Part shown: positions 44,178 to 56,966 of the stretch, piece by piece | How the letters are laid out: the number at the start of each line of letters is the position of its first letter | Position numbering within the stretch: position 1 is the first letter of the stretch | Assembly (NCBI GenBank): GCA_963833425.1 | Contig: CAWHXP010000009.1 | Location: 32,001 to 96,000 of the forward strand | Direction of reading: 5' to 3' | DNA from: an uncultured Methanosarcinaceae archaeon | Lineage (GTDB): Archaea > Halobacteriota > Methanosarcinia > Methanosarcinales > Methanosarcinaceae | DNA: 64,000 nt | Position numbers and translations under genes: made by a program | The notes under the pieces: model-generated | Seen by the model: the letters and a program-made list of their open reading frames with translations, nothing else | Database searches by the model: none | What the model was told of the DNA's origin: nothing

Positions 44178-45422
44178 ATGATAAAAACTCAATCTTTAGA
44201 TGGCTTATTCGAAAAATTACTTGATGGGAAATCAATTTTCAAAAACAAAGAAGTTCTCCGGCCTTCTTACACGCCAGACCTTTTATTACACCGAAATGAA
44301 CAGATTAATAGCCTCGCAACAATATTGGTTTCTGCACTAAGGGGCGAAACACCTTCTAATGTACTGATCTATGGAAAAACAGGTACAGGGAAGACAGCTG
44401 TGACTCGCTATGTGGGAAAGGAGCTGGAGAGGGTAAGTGAAGATAAGTCACTTTTTTGCTCTGTAGTGTATATCAATTGCGAAGTTATTGATACACAGTA
44501 TCGACTTCTTGCAAATCTTGCTAGACAGTTCGAAGAAGAAGTTCCTATGACTGGATGGCCGACTGATCAGGTCTTCACGAAGTTTAAGGAAGCAATTGAT
44601 TCCAGAGAGCAGGTCGTTATCATAATTTTGGATGAAATCGATAAGTTGATCAAAAAAGGCGATGATGTCCTCTATAACCTTTCCAGAATTAATACAGATT
44701 TGCAGAAAGCCAAGGTGAGTATGATTGGGGTTTCAAACGATCTAAAGTTCACTGAGTTTCTGGATCCAAGGGTCAAAAGTTCCCTCGGTGAGGAGGAATT
44801 AATTTTTCCTCCTTATGATGCTGAACAGATTAGTGACATCTTGAAGCAAAGAGCAAAAATGGCTTACAATGATGGAGTACTGGGTGAAATGGTAATTCCA
44901 CTATGTGCTGCTTTTGCAGCCCAGGAGCACGGTGATGCTCGTCGTGCACTTGACCTCCTACGTGTGTCAGGGGAAATTGCAGAAAGAGAAGATCAGCCTA
45001 AGGTTCTTGAAGAGCATGTCAGACGTGCTCAGGAAAAGATTGAAATCGATCGTGTAGTTGAAGTCGTAAGGACTCTTCCCACGCAGTCTAAACTCGTGCT
45101 ATATAGTATTATCTTGCTACGGAATCGAGGCAGAGAAGGTAAAAATATTACAACAGGAGAAATGTATAATGTCTACCGCCAGCTCTGTCATCACATTGAC
45201 GTAGATATCCTTACACAACGCAGAGTTACTGACCTGATGTCTGAACTTGACATGCTGGGAATTGTCAACGCAGTGGTCGTAAGCAAAGGTCGTTACGGTC
45301 GGACAAAAGAGATTTCTCTCAGCGTTCCCATAGAAAACACCCGCAAAGTGCTTCTTGAGGATTACAGGCTCAAGCTCCTGGTAGATTTTAAGGCATCAAT
45401 TTTTAACAAAATGTTTTCTTGA
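44178..45422 (+). CDS. cdc6: Orc1/Cdc6 replication initiator
   Basis: YGKTGTGKT, ILDEID, LDPRVKSSL, HGDARRALDLLR and C-terminal wHTH with SKGRYGRT. Confidence 0.96.
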   Translation: MIKTQSLDGLFEKLLDGKSIFKNKEVLRPSYTPDLLLHRNEQINSLATILVSALRGETPSNVLIYGKTGTGKTAVTRYVGKELERVSEDKSLFCSVVYINCEVIDTQYRLLANLARQFEEEVPMTGWPTDQVFTKFKEAIDSREQVVIIILDEIDKLIKKGDDVLYNLSRINTDLQKAKVSMIGVSNDLKFTEFLDPRVKSSLGEEELIFPPYDAEQISDILKQRAKMAYNDGVLGEMVIPLCAAFAAQEHGDARRALDLLRVSGEIAEREDQPKVLEEHVRRAQEKIEIDRVVEVVRTLPTQSKLVLYSIILLRNRGREGKNITTGEMYNVYRQLCHHIDVDILTQRRVTDLMSELDMLGIVNAVVVSKGRYGRTKEISLSVPIENTRKVLLEDYRLKLLVDFKASIFNKMFS

Positions 45423-47044
45423 GGATTGGAATCTTCAATTATATCGGCTCTGTTGTTTTTTGTCGTTTCCTGTTATTTCATTTATTGTCTTACTTTTCAT
45501 TACCCTATGTGTCCAATTTTGGGTAAGCCCTATTTTTTTAACTCCTGATGGCTCCTGATTTATTAGGTTTTTCCCCAATAGTCTACGAAAAAACTTTGCC
45601 TACATCTCTCAATTTTATTTTTTATAAATTTCTCTAGAAAATTCAAGGTTGTCTAGTTATGAAGAGAACTTGTGCATAGTCGCCACTAAACTAAGTTGTG
45701 GTTTTTTTATTGTATTTTGGAATTTATGCGTCTATTAAGAGACTAGAAAAGCTAAATTACCTCCAACATTAAATTTTATGAATAGCCTAGGAATGCTTTT
45801 ACTGAAAACTGGCATTTTAAAGTTATATCCTTGACTTATTATTCTGTGTCATAATCCATCTTCACTAAATGCATACTATTTTGATAATTTTATTATCCTT
45901 TTTGATTCCAGTTGATGGCCAGAAGCTTGACGGGATGAAAACTTTCTATATAACCTTTATTAAATGACTAATTTCTATTTTAAGTCCTTTCTGTGCTTAA
46001 AAGTAGAATGAATAATGCAAATCATTGTGTCTATGAAATAAGATATCAAATGGTTCTTGATATTTTGTATCATAAAAAATTTCTTCTAAAATAATTACAT
46101 AATCAACTATTTGAAATTTATATGCTTTGAAATTGACAATATATATTGTTTTGAGTCGAATTAAATTTCTACTGATGTTGATCATCCAAGTCTTTTCTTT
46201 TACGCTGAACTAAAATATTCTCTTCCAAGAGTATGCAGATCATGAAAGGTAGCATAGTATAAAAAATATTTAAATAGCGCTCTAGATTAAAAAAATCATG
46301 GAATGGTGAACTGGGTATGATAGATGTTGCATTGAACTACTGATGATAGTACAACTCCCGATGTATTAAAAACGATGTTGAAAATCAGGGAAATCAGGAA
46401 GAAAATGAAGCATATGAGAAATGAAAACATTTTATTTTGATTCTTTCTTTTATATACAGAGCTGTGGCACGAAAATACTCATTTGCTTGCGACGGGGTGA
46501 TACACCAAAACTTTGATTTAGGTGTAAAGATTTGCTCTCGAAACTACTATCTCCATGGGATTAATGGTAAATTTCGGCGATCCAAGAAGATATTAAAAAG
46601 TTTCACAATTTGAATTGCGTGTGTGGCTATTCTTAAGAAATCCAGTACTAATAGAACCTCAAAAAAGAGCTTAAGGTTCATCTTTAATCGAATAAAAATT
46701 GAATATTTTTTATAAGAGCTGTAATAACGATAATTATATATTTTATCCATTAAAAGTACATATGTAAATATTTTGTGATATGCGGTTAATTTTCAGCGTA
46801 AATATCAAATAAATTTGTCTAGACATCTCTTTTGGTTGTGTAGAAATTTGTTTATTTATGAATGCAAATAATTTTTAATTAAGCTTGTAGCCTCGAGTTT
46901 TTAGATTTGAATTTAACCTTATAAAATCAACTTAGAAGAGATATCGTAAATTAAAATTTAAAGTTGCTACCCGCAGGCAACTGCATAAGTTCGATCTACT
47001 TTTATATATATTTTTAATCGATTTCTTCAATGTTAATTTTAGGA

Positions 47045-48467
47045 GATTGTTGAATGACTTTGAATTTTATCATATCAAGATAACTCTTAGTTCAAAAAAT
47101 CAAGAGATAGAAGGTCTATCTAAATTTTCTCTTCTATTAGTTTATCGCTTTTTATCTTTTCTTTATTCTATGCAGTCTACAATCAGGGTTACATTTTAAA
47201 TTTATGTTCCTATAAAACTTACGCAGTTAAACGTGGAAATCAATAGAATAAACCACTAACAGTCTAACATAAATTTCAAATAGATATGTATAATGTGCCA
47301 TAGTTCGATGCTTCTAGTGGTAAATAATATTTCTGACAAATCTATTACACTGAATTCTCTCAAGTTTTCTTGTGGCTTTAGTAACCCCAATGGCTGACAA
47401 AGACTTTGTTTAGATCATTAATATTTTTAAAGTTCCAAGAATCAATCCTATCCATTTAAATTCCCTCTTTTTTAATGCATCTATTTCTATCTTTTTTTTT
47501 ATACTTCAGCCGTCTACAATCAGGATTACTTTCTGAATTTATGTTTCTGTAGGACTTACGCAGTTAAACTTGTGAATCGATAGCATTAAACTTTCAATAA
47601 TCTAAAATATAATTCAAATTACAATGTATATTTGTACTTCAATTTATACTTTAGTGCATAAGTCCTATTTCTGGTAAATCCCCTAAATAGATTTCTCTCA
47701 ATGGCTTTTGTGGGTTTAGCAGCACGTGCTCTGAATGACTCTGGCTCTTGTCATATCAAGCTTCGTTTTAAGGCTCTGAAAATTAAAACCTAAATAAGTC
47801 ATTTAAATTTCCCCCTTCTTGTATTTCCGTTCCTCTGTTCCTTATGTTTCAGAAGTCTACAATCTGTGTTAAGCTTTGAATTTGTTTTTCTTGCACATCT
47901 TTGACGCCGACTTCTCTAGTTGCTTTTGTGTCTCTAACAGCACGTACTCTGAATGACTCTGGCTCTTGTCATATCAAGCTTCGTTTTAAGGCTCTGAAAA
48001 TTAAAACCTAAATAAGTCATTTAAATTTCCCCCTTCTTATATTTCCGTTCCTCTTTTCCTTATGTTTCAGAAGTCTACAATCAGTGTTAAGCCTTGAACT
48101 TATGTTTCTGGTAAATTTTGACAACGACTTCTCTAGTTGCTTTTGTGTCTCTAACAGCACGTACTCTGAATGACTCTGGCTCTTGTCATATCAAGCTTTG
48201 TTTTAAGGCTCTGAAAATTAAAACCTAAATAAGTCATTTATGTCCCCCTTCTTGTATTTCTGTTCCTCTTTTCCTTATGTTTCAGAAGTCTACAATCAGT
48301 GTTAAGCCTTGAACTTATGTTTCGGGTAAATCTTTGACATCGACTTCTCTAGTTGCTTTTGTGTCTCTAACAGCACGTACTCTGAATGACTCTGGCTCTT
48401 GTCATATCAAGCTTTGTTTTAAGGCTCTGAAAATTAAAACCTAAATAAGTCATTTATTTCCCCCCTT
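47045..48467. repeat. Non-coding tandem array: ~3.5 near-identical ~217-bp units plus two older units with a MITE insert
   Basis: agcacgt(g/a)ctctgaatgactctgg recurs at 47721, 47939, 48156 and 48372. gtctacaatcag recurs in degenerate units at ~47176 and ~47512. Confidence 0.9.
47552..47665. mobile_element. MITE-like element (family B)
   Basis: ggacttacgca ... tgcataagtcc inverted ends, flanked by TA on both sides. Confidence 0.7.
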
Positions 48468-50553
48468 TTTAGGTTGTAGCTTATGTAAATTTTAGATTCT
48501 AATTGCTCAACTGAATTTTGACTATTAGTAATGAGATTAAAACTTGAATCTAAATGCTAGATTGTTTGCTAAACTATTGATTCATGTTTATTGTGAAGGT
48601 AAATCTCCTCCGCACAACATGTTTTTTTGTGCTTATTTATGTTCCTTCCTTATTTATGCCCCTTAAATACTCTTTTTTGTGTACCTTCTGTTGAAATGCA
48701 CTCCTAAAGTCTTCAAGAAATGTTTGCAAATAATGCTTCTTGTAATACCCCCATTGAGTTATATCACTCAGGCATTTTTTTTCTAAAATATTTGGCATTC
48801 TTTCTTTATTTTAACCCATAAAAGTCTAATTTTTGCTTGCCAGTGAGTATATCTAACTATATATATTAAATTATATAAAGTCTATAGAATTAGTTTTTCT
48901 TACAAATAGTAGTTTTTGAGAATTTTATAGAAACTCTTACAATCTAGAATATCTATTTCTGAAGTGTTTCTTTTTTAGTTCCTTAATCAATATTATAATT
49001 CCTATTTATATAATGTTAAAGAATAATGGTTTATTTAGATTGAATATCGGATGATATTACATACTAGCTTTATTTATTATTATCATTTTTGACTAATTTA
49101 AGTGTAGACTTATTAACTGTTTAATAAGTTCAATTTCCTTTTTTTTCTGAGATGATTTTAATTATATTTAACAAAATTTTATAAGTTTTTTTAGTTTATT
49201 TCTTTTTTTGGATTAAATATTTCCCGAAGATTGTTTAATATATCGAAGTGAATATCAGCCGTAGTTATAATATCATAAAAATCTCCTGGATTATTTAGAT
49301 TTTTAAATGACCAATTAAATTAAGGAAGAATTTTGACGCATACTAAGAAAAGTATCGCAGCAAGATAAATGTTTAAAGAATGTCCTGAAGTCAAAAAAGC
49401 TTCGGTGTGGTGAACTTTGGGGTGATGAAGCTATGTTAAAATATCTGTGATCGTGCAACCTTCGATGCCATTAAAATTATTTTGAGAATCAGGTAGGAAA
49501 AGGATCATAGAGATAAATTAAAAATTTAATTGTCAATAAATTACTAATATCCAGTTCAGCAGTGTAAACATGGCCAGTTGCTTGCAGTTGGGGTATGCCA
49601 CTTAAATTTTGATTTTTACCCTACCTTCCTTTGAGTCTCTTTTCGCGATGCATACAAGGATGCCGTCGATTTTCTCAATATAACCGCAGATTAAAAATCA
49701 ATCTAATTCCATGGATAATAGTGGGCAGATAGGCAAACAAACTTGAACTTATTTTTAGATGGTCTTCTAATTTTCAGAACACGTTTCAGAACCGACAAAA
49801 TTTCAAATTACTTAAACCAAAGAAAGTTTTAAATATATCTAAGAGAAATTCTCAATCTGATATCATTATCAAATTCTTGGTAGTCCAAACTAAGAAGTAT
49901 GACAAGATAACGCAAGTATGCTACATTGTATGAGAGGATTTCGATAAATCTCTGATTTTCACGAGTTATTTATATATGATTTTATTCCCATAACGACGTT
50001 TAGGAACTTATCGAAATCTTCTATAATTTCGTTCTTAATTCAAAACTGATGGATCACATAGTAATAAAATTCATTCAGGAAGAACCATCCGATCCCAAAA
50101 ACAATTGACTCGGATATATTTCGCTTTTATAAATAAAAAAACATTTCATGGAACTACTCATAAATGAGCTTCAAATCTCAAATAAAATGACTAATATAAG
50201 CAATATTAAGTAACGCTGAATCAAAAAATATTAGAGCAATTAAGCTCGATAGATTTAATCCAATAGATAAAACTTTGTGATTATTCTATCCTCATTAAAA
50301 CCAAAAACAAGCTAATAAGATGTTTTTCAGGGTAATTTCAGCTGGAGATTTTCATTATTTCTCTATCAATTCGAACTTGGATAAATAATATAAAAAATAA
50401 TATTTAATACTACTTTTCTAAAAACTCGTAAACAATGGAAAGACACCACAAATTATCTAAGTCAGCTGATGAAATACTAAAATCAATATTTTAATCAAAA
50501 ATGAAAAATTGCATGATATTTTGGACAGTATCATTATATATAGTTAGTAATAG

Positions 50554-51654
50554 TTGCAAGATATTTTAGCTCAATTTGTGTCATGGAGCTCTGGAAGGAT
50601 TTTAAATATGTTTACTTCAAAGAGAACGAAAACTAATCTCAGACCTTTATTGCGGAAGATAATTCACAAAAAGCATAAGGTAGCATACAAAATTGCAGCT
50701 GTGCTCTTGTTTATCTTATATATCTTGACCTTTGAGTATCTCATGCTTCTTGAGAACCATCCTGAAAATGCAAACATTATCACTGCTATCTATTGGGCTA
50801 CAACTACTATTACAACTGTAGGATATGGCGATGTGGTCTTCACTTCCCAGGGAGGAAGACTTTTTTCCACAATTATGCAGATTGTTGGGGTCATTTTAAT
50901 TTCGAGTTTTCTTATTACTTATGTAATAACTCCTTGGATGGACAATACTGTCAAATTTAGGCTGCCAAGAAAAGTCTCTTCCGAAATGAAAGATCATATA
51001 ATTATCTGCGGATATAATCAGATGGTTGAGACTTTGATCGATGAATTAGCTGAGCAGAACTTACTGTTTGTAATAGTTGATGACGAAGAAGAATTAATAA
51101 GGGAACTTTATTATAAGAGTATTCCCTGCATTTTTGGAGTCCTGAGCGATAAGCAGACACTTATAAATGCTAGTATCGAGAAAGCTGTAATTCTTATTGC
51201 AAACAAGTCTGACGAAAAAAATGCAAATATCGTCCTAACTGCCCGAGAATTTGAGAATCTTTACATCATTGCTATTGTTGAAGATATTTCAAACTCAAAA
51301 TACCTTAAGTATGCAGGCGCAGATACGGTTGTATCTCCCAAATCAATGTTCGGTCAATTTATCGGGAAAAAGGCGATGGACAGACTCGTAAATCGAGTTA
51401 CAGGAGCAACTGAAATTTTTGAAGGAGTACATATAGTTGAGTTCCCTATCTATCTGAAAAGCCCTCTTATAGGCAAGAGAATTAAGGAAGTTTCCAACCA
51501 ACAGCATTTGGCAGGTGCCAAAATTGTGGGAATATGGAAAAGTGGTACTCTTTCATTTGAGCCGGAAGCTGAAGATTTAATCCGAGAAAACTCAGTTTTA
51601 TTGGCTGTAGGAACTCCTGAGGGGCTTTCAAAACTGAAGAAATTGACACATTGA
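50554..51654 (+). CDS. Potassium channel with RCK (TrkA-N/C) domains, MthK-like
   Basis: TTITTVGYGD selectivity filter, HIIICGY Rossmann motif, TrkA-C tail. Confidence 0.92.
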   Translation: MQDILAQFVSWSSGRILNMFTSKRTKTNLRPLLRKIIHKKHKVAYKIAAVLLFILYILTFEYLMLLENHPENANIITAIYWATTTITTVGYGDVVFTSQGGRLFSTIMQIVGVILISSFLITYVITPWMDNTVKFRLPRKVSSEMKDHIIICGYNQMVETLIDELAEQNLLFVIVDDEEELIRELYYKSIPCIFGVLSDKQTLINASIEKAVILIANKSDEKNANIVLTAREFENLYIIAIVEDISNSKYLKYAGADTVVSPKSMFGQFIGKKAMDRLVNRVTGATEIFEGVHIVEFPIYLKSPLIGKRIKEVSNQQHLAGAKIVGIWKSGTLSFEPEAEDLIRENSVLLAVGTPEGLSKLKKLTH

Positions 51655-52990
51655 TCCGACAGCATGATTCCACATATGACTTTTGCGCTCGAATGGATGC
51701 ACCAGAACATGAAGCCTCCTATTTTCTCAAGCTCTATACCTTTCGCTTTTCAAGGATCTGAGTAGATAAAGTAACTTCCGAATCATTTCATTTTTTTTAA
51801 TTTTCAAACAAAGGTAACAATTTGGTTTTGCAACTGTCCCTTGTCTCTTCTTCTTTGCAGTTATTAACAATCTTTTCTTTGAGTACCAAACTTTGGTAAT
51901 TCTGGTATATACATAGGAAAACCAAAAAATTTTCTGAAATAAATTCGATAAATACATTGTTTCACAATTTCAAAATCAAAAAGACCGTACCAGCTGTAAA
52001 ACAAGCATTTTAAACAATAATAATTAAATTAGCTTAGATCTGGCTCAGAAAACGATTTTGTTAAAAGTTTCAATAATGAAGATATCATCACCATCAAAAT
52101 TTACTGGGTATGGGTAAATCAAAGAAAAATGGTGTGGCTTAAAAGTCCTAGAAAATTAAGCGATATAATAGAAAATAATAAAATTATTTGGTGTTGGAAA
52201 GTATAAGGCAAGAAAAAAAAAGCATAATGTTGGCGAAACTATTTGTATCAACATACTAATACATGAATTTGGTTCATAATAATATTCAGATTTTTTAAGA
52301 GAAACGATATGTTGGACCTACTCTACGTAAGTTTTATGTTGTAGATCGGAAAATGCGGATGGATTTCAAAATACATAAAGATTGATATCCAATGCTAACA
52401 CCTTTTATGAATCGAGTGGTAAAAAGTTACCGATTTTGAGGAACGTTCTAAGGCAAAAGACGCATTTGAATTTTTTGAACTAATATCAACAAAAGATAAT
52501 TAGGATATCATGGAGATTTGATAGCTCAAAAAAATATTTGGACATTTCAGTCAAAAAGACATAAGAATTGGATATGATATTGCTATTCTTGTTACTTTAT
52601 TCCCTGATCAAAATCAACTTTAATTTTTCTGTAAATATATACAAAATTTGAAATAATTCATTGGATTAATTATGAGATTCAGAGAGTTTTTCGATTTTGT
52701 TTTTTCATCAAGTTTGAGGGTATACTTGTATAATAAAAAATATTTATGAATACGCACCAGAATACATTTATCTGATCAAAGTTACATAGATATCCTAAAA
52801 AGTGTCTTGAAGAAAATGAATGCTAATCCACAAAGCTGATTTGCCTCAAGAAAATATTATGTCTAATATTATGTCTAAATCTGTATGAGAATGTTGGTTT
52901 GAAAAAGTCACCTCTATATGGCTGTTTTAAAAAAGAGAAAATAGATGAGTGCTGATATAACTCACTTAAAAATAGCACTTAGAATAACAC

Positions 52991-53179
52991 TTAATATCTG
53001 CGATTTTCTCTGGGTGTCCTGTGGTTAGGAAGACAATCCCTACAGTAAACCGGTCTTTCGGGGTCAGGTTTAAAAGGCACCTCTGTTTCAGCTTTGCAGT
53101 CCGAACAAGTTGTTTTGTGCATTTCTCTGGGAGCTCCGAAATTATTTCCTCTGAAGTTATTTCTGTCATTAAAAGCCAT
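52991..53179 (-). CDS. Small CxxC-x17-CxxC zinc-binding protein
   Basis: REMHKTTCSDC..VPFKP..RPVYCRDC motif; AGGTGA RBS. Confidence 0.88.
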   Translation of the reverse strand: MAFNDRNNFRGNNFGAPREMHKTTCSDCKAETEVPFKPDPERPVYCRDCLPNHRTPRENRRY

Positions 53180-53354
53180 CTTTGTTTCACCTTTGGTTTA
53201 TTTTTTGTTACTAGTTTAAAAATAAGATTGTATAGAACTCTTTGTTTAAAAACAAAAATTGGTTTTTTAACAACAGATGATTATACGTCTCTTTATTTTT
53301 AATGAACTTACATAGCAGCTATTGTATATAAATATATCTGTATTCGTATCTGAC

Positions 53355-53960
53355 ATGTCGATACAAAAATATAACTACGAATGAACATTTTCTTGGAATA
53401 TTTGATAGGCCAAAGAACGCGGATTCAAACCTAAATTAGTTATCTTTGATACGTCGTATGCAAGAGTAAAAAATCACAACGTCAGTAGGGAAAAACAATG
53501 GTATTTTTTAACATTATTGAAATCAAATTTTTTGGTAAATTTTGATAATATGAATAATATGCTGCTTGAAAAAGTTTGGCTTGAAATAGTTGAATCCCTA
53601 ATGAAGGAATTATGGTTTGCCTGAAAGCTTATAGATTTTGTGAGAGTAATTTGGATAGTTTCAAAAAAACAAATAAATGAAAATATGTCGTAAAATGTAT
53701 TATATATGGATGAATCCAATAGAACAGATTTGGCTAATAAGTCCTGGAAAATTAAAGAGTATCATAGAGAAATAAAATATTATGCCGTGTGGAAAAGGTT
53801 CAAACAAGAAAAATAAATCAATCGAACACATATGATGTTCTCATTGAAAGCTCTTCTAAGTCTGATGTTACAAAAGAATCTGGAACAAAATTTTTTTGGC
53901 TGAAGGTAAAAAAAACTTCAGAGAATGGCAGGAATTGAGATATATAAATCAACAAATATA
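53355..53960 (+). pseudogene. IS701-family transposase remnant
   Basis: Fragments KERGFKPKLVIFDTSY, WYFLTLLKSN and WKIKEYHREIK in broken frames. Confidence 0.7.
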
Positions 53961-55295
53961 CAGTTTAAATATATGATAAATTTTAAGAAATTCGGGGAAA
54001 AACGGTCCACAGACTCGATACTGACAAATCTTAAAATGGAGTGAAATATGATATAATTCTACTGACTTTATCATCCCAAAATAGAAAATCATTTTGGATT
54101 TGAGATAACTGCCTGTTAAACAGCAATTGAAGCTTTGATACTTCTATCCAACAAATGATGAACCGATTTCCAGAAGGAAATATTTAAAAGCTGGGATTTT
54201 TCGATACCTTCTACGATCGCAAAAATTTTCATTAATTTTCCTGACAATTGACTGTAATAAATTAGAAACTCAGAAAATAAATAAAAAGTCTACTAATGAC
54301 AAATTTTTGAATCCTAAAAGGCATTAAAGGGCCCCTTTAATTTATATTCATTTCCACTACGAGGTTTAATATTATAAAGGCTAAAGGAAAAGAATAAGCA
54401 ATTTATTGTCTGAAAATTGATCCAAGTTTTGTTAACAGAGCGAAGAAACTAATTTCCATAACCAATGAACTTTTGAAGTGACTGATTTTACTCAATATAT
54501 TGGAAAAATTCTCAAAGACTGTGATAATTTTCTGGACTTCATAGATTATGTTGAGATCCATCTACTTGAAACACAAACTAAACAGAGAGCAAGTTACAAA
54601 GAAACCAGCCAGCTTGACTTCAAAAATATCATATCATTTTGCAAAACTCTGCACCATATCAATAGTTTTCAGGGTGAATGCGCAAATTTTGCTGAGCTTT
54701 TGAGGGTCACAAAGATACAGAAAATAACAGGATGTTACGAAATTTAGGACCAGTTAGAACAAATCAGAAACTGTACTGAGATATTTAGCCTCCCATCAAA
54801 GTGTTCACTTTAGTACTAACAACACCCACTAACTCAAGCATTCTATATTTTAGGCTCAAGTGTCATGCTGGATAATTGTAAATTTCGTCTCAAAGTTATC
54901 ATTAGGTCGCAGCAAAGAGTTATATACTTGAAATGGAGTTAGAGGATAACTATCCAAGTAAAAAGTTATTCAACGTAATCACTTAGTTTGCCTGCACCAT
55001 AAGGGACGAATTCAAAAAACATATGGAACTTATCCAAGAAAATCTTATTTTTGCTGTATAAGTTTTATGTATTCCGGTTCTGAATTTACCTGGTCCTCAG
55101 GCACATTCTAGCATTCCCGGGGATATTAACCATTTATACGGCGTGTTTACTTATTTTTAGCTGGTCTACTGTACCGTTTTAATAAGTGACCTTTTTCTAT
55201 AAATGAAGTCTGGGTATGCAGTAGAGAGTATAAATAGTAGCAATTCTACAATCTGCAGGATCTGTAGAAAGAAATTGTCATAATAGAGTGAGTAT

Positions 55296-56966
55296 ATGGA
55301 AAAATTGGCGAAATTTAAGGCATTGGGGCTTTCAGACAGCACATTGAAAGCTCTCAAAAAGAAAGGGTTTGAAGAACCAACTCCAATTCAGGAAAAGGTT
55401 ATCCCGCTTTTTTTGAAAGGAAATTGCGATATTATAGGGCAGGCACAGACAGGAACAGGGAAAACAACTGCTTTTGGAGCCCCCATTATCGAAAAAATCC
55501 CTGAAAAATCAGGGAAAATACAGGCTATAATCCTGACGCCAACCCGAGAATTGGCAATTCAAGTTTCAGAGGAACTAAACTCCCTCAAAGGAGATAAAAA
55601 ACTGCATATCATCCCTATATATGGTGGACAATCCATGACCCAACAACTTCGCGCATTGAAAAGTGGAGTGGACATTGTTGTCGGAACACCTGGAAGAGTC
55701 ATTGATCATCTTGAACGAAAGAGCTTAAACCTCAAAGATATTGCATATTTCGTACTGGATGAAGCCGATGAAATGCTAAACATGGGCTTTATTGATGCTA
55801 TAAAGGATATTTTGAATTCGACTGGTCCTGAAAAAAGAATGCTTTTCTTTTCAGCTACAATGCCAAAAGCAATTCTTGGGATCGTCAAAAAATACATGCA
55901 AAACTATGAGCACGTTGCCATTGAGGAGGAACTTGTCACTGACCTGACCGAACAGATCTACTTCGAAGTTCAGGAAAACGATAAACTTGAGGCACTCTGC
56001 AGGATTATTGACATTGAAGATGAATTTTACGGCCTTATATTTTGCAGGACAAAAATTGATACAGGTCAGCTTGCTCAAAATTTAGGAGACAGGGGTTATT
56101 TAGTCGATGCCCTACATGGTGATCTATCACAACAGGAGCGGGAGAAAATCCTGAACAAATTTAGGAAACAGAAGATAAATATCTTGGTCGCAACTGATGT
56201 TGCAGCGAGAGGCATCGATATCATAGAGCTAACCCATGTTATCAACTATTCTTTGCCCCAAGATCCTGATTCCTACGTGCACAGGATAGGAAGGACAGGA
56301 AGGGCAGGTAAGCAGGGAACTGCTATTACATTTGTTACATCCACGGAATACAGGCGGCTAACCTACATTAAAAAGACCTCAAAGTCCGATATGAAGAAAG
56401 GGAGATTGCCTGAAATAAGAGATGTTATTAAAGCTAAACGGGCAAGAGTGAAGGCTGAACTTGAATCTACCATAAAAGCAGAAGAATACATTGATTGCCT
56501 TGAAATGAGTGAAAAACTCCTCGATGAATATCCGGCAGAGAAAATCCTGGCCGCAGTCCTTAAGTACGCTTTCAAGGAAAAGTTCGATGAAAGCATGTAT
56601 GCAGAGATCTCCGGCAGTTCATATGTCGATAGAAAGGGTAAAACCAGGCTATTTATTGCTATGGGGAAAGTCGACGGCATGAATCCGGATAAGTTAAGAG
56701 AGTTCATACAGGAAGAGACAGGAGATAACGAACTGAAAATAAAGGATGCAGAGATTTTTCCAAATTTTTCTTTTGTAACAGTACCTTTTGCTCAGGCTGA
56801 AACGTTACTTGAAATATTCAAAAACAAAAAGAGAGGAAGGAAACCCTTTGTGGAACTTGCCCAGAAATCAAAGGGAAAAGGCTCAAAGAATATGAATAAT
56901 TCTGGCAGCGTGAATAATTCGAATGACACAAGACACACGAAAAATACGAAAAAAAAGGTTTATTAG
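55296..56966 (+). CDS. DEAD-box RNA helicase (DeaD/CsdA-like, DbpA-type C-domain)
   Basis: AQTGTGKT, PTRELA, DEAD, SAT, ARGID and HRIGRTGR motifs. Confidence 0.95.
   Translation: MEKLAKFKALGLSDSTLKALKKKGFEEPTPIQEKVIPLFLKGNCDIIGQAQTGTGKTTAFGAPIIEKIPEKSGKIQAIILTPTRELAIQVSEELNSLKGDKKLHIIPIYGGQSMTQQLRALKSGVDIVVGTPGRVIDHLERKSLNLKDIAYFVLDEADEMLNMGFIDAIKDILNSTGPEKRMLFFSATMPKAILGIVKKYMQNYEHVAIEEELVTDLTEQIYFEVQENDKLEALCRIIDIEDEFYGLIFCRTKIDTGQLAQNLGDRGYLVDALHGDLSQQEREKILNKFRKQKINILVATDVAARGIDIIELTHVINYSLPQDPDSYVHRIGRTGRAGKQGTAITFVTSTEYRRLTYIKKTSKSDMKKGRLPEIRDVIKAKRARVKAELESTIKAEEYIDCLEMSEKLLDEYPAEKILAAVLKYAFKEKFDESMYAEISGSSYVDRKGKTRLFIAMGKVDGMNPDKLREFIQEETGDNELKIKDAEIFPNFSFVTVPFAQAETLLEIFKNKKRGRKPFVELAQKSKGKGSKNMNNSGSVNNSNDTRHTKNTKKKVY

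Noticed and set aside
47704..48467. CRISPR array
   Set aside because: Units are ~217 bp and repeat in full with no unique spacers; no cas genes in the window.
54478..54747. Functional CDS or transposase
   Set aside because: Short ORF among IS debris with no motif I can confirm.
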